Shown here: positions 29,225 through 39,775 of the stretch, piece after piece
Numbering within the stretch: the first letter of the stretch is position 1
How the letters are laid out: each line of letters begins with the position of its first letter
From: an uncultured Verrucomicrobiae bacterium
Lineage (GTDB): Bacteria > Verrucomicrobiota > Verrucomicrobiia > Limisphaerales > Palsa-1400
Length of the DNA: 64,000 nt
Direction: 5' to 3'
Assembly (NCBI GenBank): GCA_963702845.1
Contig: OY969763.1
Location: 5,120,001 to 5,184,000 of the forward strand
The notes under the pieces: generated by a model
What the model saw: the letters and a program-made list of their open reading frames with translations, nothing else
Database searches by the model: none
Told to the model about the DNA's origin: nothing
Translations under genes and position numbers: made by a program

Positions 29225-30148
29225 GTGTTTCCGGCATTCTTAACCACCATTTTGTTTTCGATCTCGATCGTGTGCGCAACGCGATCGGCGAGAATGCTTG
29301 GAGGGACGGAAGCAAATTTTTGGCGCATCGCTTTTGCCACGGTGTTCCTCGCGTTTTGGGCGCATCTGTTCGGACAAGGAATGGGCGGCGATTCGTTTCC
29401 GCTGTTTTTTTTCAGCGGCGTGGTCGGCGTTGGTGCGGATGTTTTCTTGTTTCAAGCACTGCCGCGCATCGGGTCGCGTTTGAGTTCGTTGCTGGTTCAG
29501 TGCGGTTCGGCGTTGGCAGCGGCAGCGATCGAGTTCATTTGGCTCGGAACGCGGTTAACGACCCCGCAGATCGCGGCGTGTTGCACGATTCTGCTCGGTG
29601 TCGCGATTGCGTTGTCGCCGGGGGGGCATCTGAATGTCCCGCGTAAGGTGTTGGTCGCTGGGGTCATTTTCTCGATTTTGGCGGCATTGGGGAATGGCTA
29701 TGGCGCGGTCATCAGCCGAAAGGCATTTGCCGTGGCGGCAGCGGCGCATCAACAGATCGACGGCGGGACCGCGGGGTATCAGCGGTTGCTCGGTGGACTA
29801 TTGGTAGCGGCAATTTCGATTTTGATTGTGAAACGGCGCGAAGTGTTGGCGCAGATTACCAATTCAGAAGCACCACGAATTCCGAGTGGAGAAAAATGGA
29901 AGCGCGCCTGGATATGGATTTTTTTTAATAGCCTCGCCGGCCAAACTATCGGCGCGAGTTGCTTTCAATGGGCATTGAAAACGACGCCTACGGGGCTGGT
30001 GCTGGCAATGGTGTCGACGACGCCGCTCGTGATTATTCCGTTTGCGTGGAAGTTTGAAGGGGACAAGGCGCATCGGCGTTCGATCATCGGCGGCGCAGTT
30101 GCGGTGGCAGGAGCGATTGCGTTGGTGTTGGTGGCGCGGAGGGGTTGA
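29225..30148 (+). CDS. DMT/EamA family transporter
   Basis: About 10 TM helices arranged as two EamA-like halves. Confidence 0.8.
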   Translation: MFPAFLTTILFSISIVCATRSARMLGGTEANFWRIAFATVFLAFWAHLFGQGMGGDSFPLFFFSGVVGVGADVFLFQALPRIGSRLSSLLVQCGSALAAAAIEFIWLGTRLTTPQIAACCTILLGVAIALSPGGHLNVPRKVLVAGVIFSILAALGNGYGAVISRKAFAVAAAAHQQIDGGTAGYQRLLGGLLVAAISILIVKRREVLAQITNSEAPRIPSGEKWKRAWIWIFFNSLAGQTIGASCFQWALKTTPTGLVLAMVSTTPLVIIPFAWKFEGDKAHRRSIIGGAVAVAGAIALVLVARRG

Positions 30149-30217
30149 TGGGTCATGGGTGATGGTTAAATGATTCGTGCGTTTGACTGGCAGTGAAGGG
30201 CCACATAGTTTGCGTTC

Positions 30218-30868
30218 ATGGAATCGATGGAACAGAAGAAGGCGCGCGTGGTGAAGATCATCGCGATCCTCAAAAAGACGCATCCAGATGCAAAGTTGGC
30301 GTTGGATTTTAAAAACCCGCTCGAATTGCTCATTGCGCTCATGCTCGCGGCGCAGTGTCGTGATGATTTGGTGAACACGGTGACGCCGCCACTTTTTGAG
30401 AAATACAAAACGGCGGCTGATTGGGCGAAGGCCGATCCGGCGACGTTGCAGGAGGAAATTCGCAAGATCACTTTTTTCCGCAACAAAACGAAATCGATTC
30501 AGAAAGCGACGAGCATGTTGGTGGAGAAGTTCGGCGGCAAGGTGCCGGACAATTTAGAAGACCTGCTCAGCGTTCCGGGCGTTGGTCGTAAGACGGCGAA
30601 TGTGTTGCTCGGGAATGCGTTTGGGATTCCTGGGATCGGAGTGGATCGGCACGTCGCGCGCGTGTCAGGGCGATTGGGGCTCACGAAGAATGAAGATCCG
30701 GACAAAATTGAAGATGACCTCACGCCGATCGTGCCGGTGAAGGAGCAGATTAAGTTCTGTCACTTGTTGCAGTATCACGGACGGCGGATTTGCGTGGCGC
30801 GGGTTCCGAAATGTCCGGAGTGTCCGGTGAATGAGCTTTGTTTTTATCCGAATAAGACGAAGGGTTAG
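30218..30868 (+). CDS. nth: Endonuclease III
   Basis: LAAQC, HhH motif PGVGRKTANV, VDRHV and C-terminal CX6CX2CX5C Fe-S motif. Confidence 0.95.
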   Translation: MESMEQKKARVVKIIAILKKTHPDAKLALDFKNPLELLIALMLAAQCRDDLVNTVTPPLFEKYKTAADWAKADPATLQEEIRKITFFRNKTKSIQKATSMLVEKFGGKVPDNLEDLLSVPGVGRKTANVLLGNAFGIPGIGVDRHVARVSGRLGLTKNEDPDKIEDDLTPIVPVKEQIKFCHLLQYHGRRICVARVPKCPECPVNELCFYPNKTKG

Positions 30869-30956
30869 AGACAACGCAAAGACGCAAAGAAGCAAAGGCG
30901 CTAAGAGAAAGAAAAAGGTTTTCCTTTTAGCGCCTTTGCCGCTTTGCATTGATTAT

Positions 30957-31634
30957 TTAGCGATCGTTGAGGCTGTGGACCCACTGGATCGCTTGCTGTA
31001 ACAGTTGCGTGCCGTCGTCGAGTTTGAGTTTGTCTTTGATGCGGGCGCGGTAGGATTCGACGGTCTTGATGCCAAGATGGAGTTCTTCGGCGATTTTGCG
31101 CGTGCCCTGGCCCTTACCGATGAGTTGAAACACTTCCAGTTCGCGGTCGGTGAGGCGTTCGACGGGTGAGCTGTGTTCCTGCTGACGACCGGCGACGAGT
31201 TTGTGGACCATGCGCGCGGCCATTTTTTCGCTAACGTAAATCTGTCCGCCCAGGACCTGGCGAATGGCTTGCAGAACTTTGCGCGTTGATTCCTGCTTGG
31301 TGATGTAGCCCATTGCACCGGCGCGAAGCACTCGTTCGGCGTAGAGCGATTCATCGTGCATCGACAGGCAGAGCACCGGCAGCTTCGGGAATTGCGCCTG
31401 GAGGTCTTTTACCAACTCAAGTCCGTGCGTTGTCTTCAACGAAATGTCGGCGATGACGATGTCGGGTTTGGTTTCGCCGATTTTGGTAATAGCGTCGTGG
31501 GTGTCTTCGGCCTCGCCACAAACGGTCAGGTCGGCCTCGCGTCCAATCAATTGTGAAAGCCATTCCCGGACGAGAGGATGGTCATCGACGAGAAAAACTT
31601 TTGCCTTCATATCATTTTTGGGGCGCGTGGACAT
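30957..31634 (-). CDS. NarL/LuxR-family response regulator
   Basis: REC domain (VDDH, DISL, YITK) plus LuxR HTH (LTDRELEV..KTVESYR). Confidence 0.92.
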   Translation of the reverse strand: MSTRPKNDMKAKVFLVDDHPLVREWLSQLIGREADLTVCGEAEDTHDAITKIGETKPDIVIADISLKTTHGLELVKDLQAQFPKLPVLCLSMHDESLYAERVLRAGAMGYITKQESTRKVLQAIRQVLGGQIYVSEKMAARMVHKLVAGRQQEHSSPVERLTDRELEVFQLIGKGQGTRKIAEELHLGIKTVESYRARIKDKLKLDDGTQLLQQAIQWVHSLNDR

Positions 31635-33057
31635 GTTCGGAGTCTAGTTTGTTTTGGTTGCGAAATGAACAAATAACTATCGTGCCGCCGCGAGCGCCAC
31701 GACGAATTTCGAGCGAGGCGCCGATCATTCGTGCGCGATAATTCATAATGTGTAAACCCATGCCGTGCGAGCGTTCGAGCTTATTCGGAAAGCCGATCCC
31801 ATCGTCATTCACCGTCAACGTGACTTCATCTTCCACCGCGCCGATGCCGATTGAAATGGTCTTGGCGCGGCTGTGTTTGACGGCGTTGTTGACGGCTTCC
31901 TGGGCGATGCGAAAGAGGTTGATGGCCGAGACTTCGTCGTTGATGAACACCGGTTCGTCGACGGTAAATCGGCAATGGATGCGCGAGCGCGCTTGCACGG
32001 TGACAGCCAATTCTTCGAGGGCCGAACTCAAGCCGTCGGCTTCGAGGCGAACTGGATAAAGTCCACGCGCGAATTGGCGGGCCTGGGTGATGCATTGATT
32101 GATCAATTCGGCGATGCTCTCGACTTTGGGTGAATCAGATGAGTTGTTCTGCTCGAGGGCGAGACGAAGAATTTCAGTGGCGTAACCGACGCTGACCAGT
32201 TGCTGGCAAAGGGTATCGTGGAGGTCCTGGCCGATGCGGCTTTGTTCGCGGTCGCTGATTTCGGCAATCTGCTTCTCCAATGTCCTGCGGTGGGTGACAT
32301 CGCGCATGACAATCACACCGCCGCGGATTTTGTTTTCGTTATCGATGAGCGGACGGCCTGTGCACGAAATCCAAATGCCACTGCGTCCATCGCCGGTTTC
32401 GAGCAACATTTCGGCGCCGTTGATTTCTTTGCCTTGGATGGTTTGGAGCAAAGGATGTTCAGTCGCAGGGTAATTGGAAAGAATGTCGGGCATGTAGGTT
32501 TGTTGCCGTTGCAACCAATCCTGCAGCGTGACGTCACCAAGACCTTTGCGCACGAGACGCTCAGCTTCGGGGTTGGACAAGAGGATCTTTCCCTCCGCGT
32601 TAGCGACGATCACGCCATCGCCCATCGAGTTAAGGATCGACTGAAGAATATTGGTTTGCTGGCGCAACGCTTCGTTGGTTTGGCGTTGTCGTTCTTCAGC
32701 GCGCCGGCGAGCCGCGACTTCACTGGAAAGCAAGGCGCAAACACCGAAGACGCTTAAGCGCATGAGAAAGTTCCAAAAGAGAACCCAGCCGACGTTGGCG
32801 GCATTGGTTGGATGAAAGAATTTATCGGCGTACCAAAGAAATGCGCCAAACGTCGCATTGATGACCGCAGGTTTACGCCCGGTATACCAGCCGACGAAGC
32901 AGCTGGGAAAAATGTAGAAAACCAGCCAGGTAAGGTGCGTGTCGGTGCTGAAATCAACTAGACCGACGATGGTGATGCTAATCAAACCAATCAGCCAAAT
33001 CAGCCATTTGTTCTGCCGCGCGAAATAGCAGTTGATTCGGGTTAGCAGTTCCGACAT
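31612..33057 (-). CDS. Membrane PAS sensor histidine kinase (HisKA_3 type)
   Basis: 4 TM N-terminus, PAS domain, EQSRIGQDLHD, RIAQEAVNNAVKH and DDGIG. Confidence 0.9.
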   Translation of the reverse strand: MSELLTRINCYFARQNKWLIWLIGLISITIVGLVDFSTDTHLTWLVFYIFPSCFVGWYTGRKPAVINATFGAFLWYADKFFHPTNAANVGWVLFWNFLMRLSVFGVCALLSSEVAARRRAEERQRQTNEALRQQTNILQSILNSMGDGVIVANAEGKILLSNPEAERLVRKGLGDVTLQDWLQRQQTYMPDILSNYPATEHPLLQTIQGKEINGAEMLLETGDGRSGIWISCTGRPLIDNENKIRGGVIVMRDVTHRRTLEKQIAEISDREQSRIGQDLHDTLCQQLVSVGYATEILRLALEQNNSSDSPKVESIAELINQCITQARQFARGLYPVRLEADGLSSALEELAVTVQARSRIHCRFTVDEPVFINDEVSAINLFRIAQEAVNNAVKHSRAKTISIGIGAVEDEVTLTVNDDGIGFPNKLERSHGMGLHIMNYRARMIGASLEIRRGARGGTIVICSFRNQNKLDSEHVHAPQK

Positions 33058-33497
33058 AGAAGCGGCATTATAATCTCGAAAACAACCGATTGGTCGAGTT
33101 TAAAGCGGGGATGTGTGATTGCGGCTTTTAACGGTCAGGCACGCGATCGATGTGGCCAAAAACAGTCCAGGAAATGATTCGCCTGCCCTGCGTTGACGGT
33201 GAGGAGTTTGCTGCTGAGGGCGCGCGGCAACAAGCCGAACCCGTTCCAGAGCGCGGACATACTCGTCCTCGGCTGGGTGCCGTGCGGGGGACGTTAGAAC
33301 TTTCCGTATGCGTAGGTTGTAATCAACGTTGCTGCGGACGAGGACGTCTCACTTCGAAGCAGTAGCTCATGCGCTGCACAAAATTTGTTCGAAGTAAGCG
33401 CTCGGAGGTTGCATCTAAAATGGACGATACGGATTGACCGATTATACGCATACGTTACAATTTCAGCCCTTTGAACCCGTAAAATACTGCACAATTT

Positions 33498-34907
33498 ATG
33501 AAACAAGACTCCAGTAATCTTGATGGTGCGCGCGAAACCCGCCGCTCATTCATTCGCAAATCCAGCATCGCCGCAGCTGCCGTGGCCAGTGCTGCCAACA
33601 TTTTCAAAACGCCTGTCTACGGGCAAAGCCAGGCGCCCTCGACCGGCCGCGTCATTGGCGCGAATGACCGAATCGTCATGGGTTACATCGGCGTCGGCGG
33701 CCAAGGTATGGCGCACGTCAAAACGCAAAAGCAGGACGCGACTGCCAACAACATCGCGCAGGTTGCTGTTTGCGACGTGTCGAAATATCGCCAAAACCAC
33801 GCCAAGGAAGCGATCGGCGGCGACGTCAAAATGTATGACGACTATCGCAAGCTGCTCGAAAATAAAGATATCGATGCGGTGACGATCGCGACGGTCGACC
33901 ATTGGCACACCAAGACCGCAATCGCCGCGATGGAATCGGGCAAGCATGTTTATTGCGAAAAGCCGATGACGCGTTATCTCGGTGAAGCTTTCGACTTTCA
34001 TGATGCAGTGAAGCGCACCGGCAAAATTTTCCAACTCGGCTCGCAAGGTTGCTCCGCCGCTGGTTGGCATAAAGCTGCCGAAATGATCCAGGCCGGTAAA
34101 ATCGGCCAGATGGTTTGGGCGCAAGGTTATTACTGCCGCAACACTCCAGACGGCGAGTGGAACTATCCCATTAAGGATTGGTGCACTGCAGCCGATACCG
34201 ACTGGAAGGCCTGGCTCGGTCCGGTCAAGAAGCAAGTGCCGTTCAGCGCCGATCATTATTTCCGCTGGCGCAAATATTATCCGTATTGCGCCGGTTTGCT
34301 CGGCGACCTTGTCCCGCATCGTCTGAACCCGCTCATGCTCGCGACCGGCAATCCGGAATTCCCGAAACGCGTCGTCAGCATCGGCTCCAAGAACGTCCAC
34401 TCCGACCGTCTCAAGAAAGACGGCACTGCGGAACGCGACGTCCCAGAGCACGTCGAAATCCTGGCAGAATTCCCGAGCGGCGTCATCCTGACCATCGTTT
34501 GCAGCACCGTCGCTTCCAAGAGCCCCGGCTTCGTCATCTACGGGCACAAAGCCAGCCTTGATATCGGCAGCAGTGGCGAAAGCATCCAGGTCACCGTCGA
34601 ACAACCGTTCGCCGAAGGTGGCAAGTTCGAAGATATGAAGTCGGAAAATCAGACCATCAAAGGCCTGACCCCGACCGAAAACATCAACGCGCACGAAAAG
34701 AACTGGTTCGAATGCATCCGCGCGAACAACGCCAAAACCAACGCGAATATCGACCTGGCGACCAAAGCGCAAACTGTCATCTCGCTCGCCGAAATGTCGC
34801 AGCGCCTCAACATGGCTTGCATGTTCGACCCGAAGACGCGCAAGGTCACGACCGAGAACGGTAGAGTTGTTAAGCCGATCACTTACGGCACGCTCGAACT
34901 CTCCTAA
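33498..34907 (+). CDS. Tat-exported Gfo/Idh/MocA oxidoreductase
   Basis: TRRSFIRK Tat signal, GVGGQG, ATVDHWH and VYCEKP. Confidence 0.9.
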   Translation: MKQDSSNLDGARETRRSFIRKSSIAAAAVASAANIFKTPVYGQSQAPSTGRVIGANDRIVMGYIGVGGQGMAHVKTQKQDATANNIAQVAVCDVSKYRQNHAKEAIGGDVKMYDDYRKLLENKDIDAVTIATVDHWHTKTAIAAMESGKHVYCEKPMTRYLGEAFDFHDAVKRTGKIFQLGSQGCSAAGWHKAAEMIQAGKIGQMVWAQGYYCRNTPDGEWNYPIKDWCTAADTDWKAWLGPVKKQVPFSADHYFRWRKYYPYCAGLLGDLVPHRLNPLMLATGNPEFPKRVVSIGSKNVHSDRLKKDGTAERDVPEHVEILAEFPSGVILTIVCSTVASKSPGFVIYGHKASLDIGSSGESIQVTVEQPFAEGGKFEDMKSENQTIKGLTPTENINAHEKNWFECIRANNAKTNANIDLATKAQTVISLAEMSQRLNMACMFDPKTRKVTTENGRVVKPITYGTLELS

Positions 34908-34925
34908 TCAAAAGAATTCACTACG

Positions 34926-34957
34926 AGACCCCGCGCTAAAAACGCGGGGTCTTTTTT
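34926..34957 (+). terminator. Rho-independent terminator
   Basis: AGACCCCGCG/CGCGGGGTCT stem followed by TTTTTT. Confidence 0.85.
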
Positions 34958-35053
34958 GTGTAATTGTCGCGAGCGCTGTGCGTTTGACTTTCAAAGTGGA
35001 CAACTTTTTGCCTTCCTTCATACTTTCGCCTTCATCCTTCATCCTAAAAAGTC

Positions 35054-36169
35054 ATGAGCGACAAGAAAGTAAATGTAGCCATCGTTGGTCTGGGTTTCGG
35101 CGCTGAATTCATTCCCATTTACCAAAAACATCCTAACGCGAACCTCTACGCCATCTGCCAGCGCAACAAAACCAAGCTCGACCAACTCGGTGACGCCTTC
35201 AAAGTCGAAAAGCGCTACACCAGATTTGAGGATTTGATCAAAGACCCGGACGTTGATGCCGTCCACATCAACTCGCCCATTCACCTACACGCGCCGCAAG
35301 CGATCGCCGCGTTGAAGGCCGGCAAACACGTGGCTTGCACCGTTCCTGCTGCGACCACCGTCGAAGAGTGCAAACAAATCGTCAAAGCGGCGGAAAAGGC
35401 GAAGAAGAATTACATGATGATGGAGACGGTCGTGTATTCGCGCGAATTCCTTTACGTCCGCGAAATGCGCGACTAAGGGCAAGCTCGGACGCATCCAATT
35501 CATGCGTGGCTCGCACTTGCAAAACATGGAAGGCTGGCCGGGTTATTGGGAAGGTTTGCCGCCGATGCATTATGCGACTCACTGCGTCAGCCCCTGTCTC
35601 GCGATCGTCAAAGGTGAAGCGGACTACGTGAGCTGCCTCGGCTCCGGTCGCATCGCCGAAAATTTAATCGGCAAATACGGCTCGCCATTTTCAGCTTCGA
35701 AACCGCCCACTGCAAAATCCGCAACCAGGATTTGTCCTTCGAAGTGACGCGTTACCTGTTTAACGCCTCGCGCCAATACATCGAGAGCTTCGACGTCTAC
35801 GGCGAAAAGACTTCCTTCGAATGGCAGTTAGCTGAAGGCGACGAACCCATCCTGCATACCGGTGGCGAAAAAACCGAAAAAGTCCAAGTCCCCGACTACG
35901 CCAATCTGCTTCCCGAAGGCATCCGCCAATACACAACTAAAGGCGTTTACGACGCCGACGAACACAAACATTTATCATTCGTGCAAGGCAGCGGCCACGG
36001 TGGCAGCCACCCGCATTTGGCACACGAATTCCTGATGAGCCTCGTCGATAACCGTCCAAGCTTCCCGGACGTCTATCAAAGTGTGAACTGGACCATGGTC
36101 GGCATCTGCGCCCACGAAAGCGCCATGCGCGGCGGTGAGATCATCAAGATTCCGGATTTCCGCCGCTAA
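35054..36169 (+). CDS. Gfo/Idh/MocA oxidoreductase with two frameshifts (~35474, ~35690), probably sequencing errors
   Basis: Three consecutive ORFs join into one protein: VGLGFG..HVACTVP..EMRD / KGKLGRIQFMRGSH..YGSPF / SFETAH..HGGSHPHL..DFRR. Confidence 0.8.
36083..36162 (+). repeat. Direct repeat copy 1 (att-like), inside the 3' end of the oxidoreductase gene
   Basis: 78/80 identical to 39552-39631; 68 bp perfect (36095-36162). Confidence 0.92.
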
Positions 36170-36417
36170 CATATCGCGAAGTATCTTGGAGGCGCAGCAG
36201 TTCTCTGCCGCTTTTCCCTTGAACGTGCGCGCTCTTTGCCACAACCCTGATCGGGATTGGCGCCCAGATGCTCGCCGGTTTCACGATCCACGGCCTTCTT
36301 TTGGTCGTGAAACAAATCCGCTACAAACGGCTTCGGTGAAAAAGAAGGAACGACCAGTCCAAAATTTCGTTCCGGCGCCAAGTCGCTTGGCAGCTCTCTG
36401 TGCTCGTCAGCAACCTG

Positions 36418-38388
36418 TTATCCTGACGGAAAGCAGAACCGATAAACACAGGAAGAATAGTTTGTCGCCGCCCGATCGGTGAAAAAAGACGATCCACCAT
36501 TTAATTTATTTGTCGACACTGGGAGCCAAACAGGGTTGGCCAAATTTGTGCAGGCTTGCACGACGATGACGAAATTACCGGCACCTAAAATGCCAAATTC
36601 AAACTGATTTGCGACCATGCCGAAAGTGCCGTTGGTTTGTACATGCGGATCCCAAACAACCGCAGGGTGTCCGGCGAAGCTAGACCCCCAGCCAACTGCT
36701 CCAGGCAAGTAGTAGCTCACGGTGGAGGAATTGCCATAGGTTGTTGCATCGAGAACGTATGGAGGATTACCTTCGAAATAAAGGCCGACCAAACTACTGC
36801 ACTGATAAAACGCTCCGTCGTCCAAGAACGTAACGTTTTTTGGGATCGTCACATTCGCCAGTCGAGTGCAAAAGTAGAATGCCTGTGATCCAATAGCAGT
36901 GACGTTCGTGCTTATTCTGATATAGGCCAGGTTAGTGCAGGAATTGAAAGCCCAATGACCAATGTTCGTCACTCCATTTCCAATTATGGCGTTCGTCAGG
37001 CCGCAACCGTCGAACACGCCAGGTTGAAGACTGGTAACCCGGTCTGGAATTACAATACTGCTTAGGCTCGAACACCACTGAAACGCAGAGACGGCAATCG
37101 TGTTAACGTTCGTTCCGATAACCGCGTTACTCAGGCTAAAGCACGAGAAGAAAGCTTCGTATCCAATTGCCGTAACGCTGTTCGGGATGATCACGCTGCC
37201 CAATTTTGGGCAGAAGGCGAATGCTTCGTCTTCAATGTTCGTAATGCTGCTACCAATAAGGACGGTGGTCAAATTGCTGCAATAAGCAAATGCATTAGTT
37301 GGAATATATCCGGCGTTATTGCCGATGAAGACGTTTGTCAGGCTGCTGCAGTATTCAAAGGCAAAGTTCCCGAGTGTGGCAACACCACTAGGAACCGAAT
37401 TTGTGAGGTTGTAGCATTGATAAAAAGCGTTGTTTCCGATCGAGGTCATACTCGATGGCAACGGACAGGAGATCAGCTTCCAACACTGAGTGAAAGCGTC
37501 GCTCCCGACGTTCGTAACATTTCCGGACATGGTGACGCTGCTAAGCTGGCCGCAGGTGCTAAAAGCAGTGTCCTTTATATTTCTAACGCCGCTACCAATT
37601 ATCACGTTCGTTAAACCATTGCACGATATGCAAACGCGGTTACCAAGATTCGTTACGCTGTTTGGAATCGTGAGACTGCCAATGCTATTGCAGGATTCGA
37701 ACGCACTGTCGCCAATGCTCCCAAGGCTCGCGGGCAGGCCTACGCTCGCGAGGTAAGAGGACCCTGCGAATGCAGCGTCTTTGATTTCGGTAACAATGCT
37801 GGGAATCGTATAATCTCCCGCGAGACCGACCGGGTATTGAACTAACGCGGTGCCGTTTTTATTGAAGAGAACTCCGTTGACACTCTTATAAGACGCGTTC
37901 TGCACGTCTACATTTATCGAAAAAAGATTTCTGCAGAATTCAAAAGGACCCGCCCCAATGTTAGTGACGCTGCTTGGGATGGTAACAGTTGTCAGGTTGT
38001 AACAATCGACGAATGCATAGTTGCCGATGCTGGTGAGGCCTGTGCCAAAAGAGACATTTGTAAGGCTGGTGCAATAGTAGAACGCATCAATCCCGATTGT
38101 TAAAACACTAGTCGGGATCGTTACGCTTGTAATTGTTGAGCGGTTCGCGAATGCGCTGATGTCAATACCCGTCACCGGCAGACCGCTGATTGTGCTCGGA
38201 ATCACGACTGCACCCCCGGAACCGCTGTAGCCCGTAATGGTCGCCTGCCCTTGTGAAACCGAATAGTTAAACTGCGCGAAAATAGTGATCGGCGCATACC
38301 AAAGCAAAAGTATTAGAAATACGGAAAATAATCCATTTGCCGATTGTTTAGCTATTTTCGGGGAGCAATTTGAGGGGCGGTGTCCCAT
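36418..38388 (-). CDS. BspA/TpLRR-type leucine-rich repeat surface protein with C-terminal tail domain
   Basis: Many IPxSVTxIGxxAFxxCxxL repeats and a hydrophobic signal segment; start uncertain. Confidence 0.88.
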   Translation of the reverse strand: MGHRPSNCSPKIAKQSANGLFSVFLILLLWYAPITIFAQFNYSVSQGQATITGYSGSGGAVVIPSTISGLPVTGIDISAFANRSTITSVTIPTSVLTIGIDAFYYCTSLTNVSFGTGLTSIGNYAFVDCYNLTTVTIPSSVTNIGAGPFEFCRNLFSINVDVQNASYKSVNGVLFNKNGTALVQYPVGLAGDYTIPSIVTEIKDAAFAGSSYLASVGLPASLGSIGDSAFESCNSIGSLTIPNSVTNLGNRVCISCNGLTNVIIGSGVRNIKDTAFSTCGQLSSVTMSGNVTNVGSDAFTQCWKLISCPLPSSMTSIGNNAFYQCYNLTNSVPSGVATLGNFAFEYCSSLTNVFIGNNAGYIPTNAFAYCSNLTTVLIGSSITNIEDEAFAFCPKLGSVIIPNSVTAIGYEAFFSCFSLSNAVIGTNVNTIAVSAFQWCSSLSSIVIPDRVTSLQPGVFDGCGLTNAIIGNGVTNIGHWAFNSCTNLAYIRISTNVTAIGSQAFYFCTRLANVTIPKNVTFLDDGAFYQCSSLVGLYFEGNPPYVLDATTYGNSSTVSYYLPGAVGWGSSFAGHPAVVWDPHVQTNGTFGMVANQFEFGILGAGNFVIVVQACTNLANPVWLPVSTNKLNGGSSFFTDRAATNYSSCVYRFCFPSG

Positions 38389-38459
38389 TGAATTGGTTGA
38401 AGTCTCAACTAGACCGCAATAAATTGGAAGTTCCAAAAACTCACCGCGATTTCCTTACC

Positions 38460-38551
38460 TCGGCAACGTTCTATGCTTGTCTGTTGACCACGCACAGCAG
38501 CGGACTAGTGTACCACTGGTGCTCGCCTCAACGAAGAACGCCGACGAATGA
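38460..38551 (+). pseudogene. Probable C-terminal remnant of a RecQ-helicase/PRTase gene
   Basis: With one indel reads LLTTHSSGLVY(P)LVLASTKNADE*; stop overlaps the dprA ATG (ATGA). Resembles the PRTase-like C-terminus of genes that precede this type of DprA (recalled similarity, not searched). Confidence 0.4.
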
Positions 38552-39544
38552 TTTGTCCGCTGACAGCCAACACACAAGCAATTCTCCTGCTCACCGCACC
38601 ACTTATCGTGGGGCGAGTTAGAGAAGAAGCGGAGTTGTTGACGCCCGGTGAGTAGAATCGCCTCGCTCGTATTCTTCGCGAAAAACAGAAACAGCCCGCT
38701 GACTTTCTCAGTGCCGACTCTGAACAAATCATTTCTCTAGGCGCCGACACTTTGGGCCGCGAGAGGATCGAAAAGTTACTCAATCGCGGCTTTCAATTGA
38801 GTCAGGCAATCGAGCATTGGTCTGCTCGTTCGATTTGGGTTGTGAGCCGCGCCGATCCGGAATATCCGCGCCGCATGAAGTCACGCCTCAAAGAAGATGC
38901 TCCCGCGATCCTTTACGGCTGCGGTGATCGACGGCTTTTAGACTCGCGCGGTTTCGCGGTAATCGGGTCGCGCCATGTTGACCCAGAACTACTCTTGTAC
39001 ACCGAACAAGTCGGCAAATTAGCTGCGTCCGCCGAACGCACGCTCGTCTCTGGCGGAGCGAAAGGCATCGATCAAGCAGCAATGCACGGCGCGCTCCAGG
39101 GCGGTGGCAAATCGATCGGCGTTATGGCGGACGCACTCGAACGCGCGGCCCTGTCGGGTTCTCCCCGTGAGTGGCTGAGCGACGGCAAGCTGGTCCTCGT
39201 CTCGCCTTACGATCCAGCAGCGGGGTTCAATGTTGGCAACGCAATGCAGCGTAACAAAGTCATCTACACTTTTGCCGACGCCGCATTGGTTGTTTCCTCC
39301 GATCTTCAAAAGGGCGGCACTTGGACTGGCGCCGTTGAACAAATTGATAAACTGATTACTCGCCGCTGTTCGCCTGATCCTCGATCGCAAACTCGTCGAG
39401 GCAAAAACCGAAAAACAGATTGCCGAACTGCTCGCCGTACCGAAACCGTTAGCTAAAACCTGGCTCGCAAAACTTGTTGCTGACGGTGACCTCGAAAAAC
39501 TGACGCGTCCTGTACGATATCAGGTAATAAAACCACTGCTGTAA
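38548..39544 (+). pseudogene. dprA: DprA/Smf-like protein pseudogene
   Basis: MICPLTANTQAILLLTAPL start, in-frame TAG at 38653, Rossmann motifs ([29 protein letters not shown]), then a frame break at ~39355 into a winged-helix tail ([22 protein letters not shown]). Confidence 0.8.
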
Positions 39545-39551
39545 CGGTCTC

Positions 39552-39631
39552 GTGAACTTGACAATGGTCGGCATCTGCGCCCACGAAAGCGCCATGCGCG
39601 GCGGTGAGATCATCAAGATTCCGGATTTCCG
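39552..39631 (+). repeat. Direct repeat copy 2 (att-like)
   Basis: Duplicate of 36083-36162, continuing as synonymous TTC CGT AGG TGA (FRR*). Confidence 0.92.
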
Positions 39632-39775
39632 TAGGTGAAGGAACTAATCGGCGACACCCTGTTGCCCAGAGGTTCACTGACAACCGGTTGCAATCCCCGC
39701 TTAGTGCGTCATTGGTGAAGCCCTGAGTATGATGAATGGGTTTCGGATTTAACCGATGCAGCGCAGATTCGTCGG

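Larger units (their letters stand above)
36083..39631. mobile_element. Degenerate integrated island flanked by att-like direct repeats (no integrase seen)
   Basis: 80-bp direct repeats enclose an LRR gene and decayed recQ-like/dprA sequences. Confidence 0.6.

Noticed and set aside
38653..38655. TAG in dprA as pyrrolysine or programmed read-through
   Set aside because: The gene has a second, larger lesion and no pyl genes are visible; simple decay is more likely.
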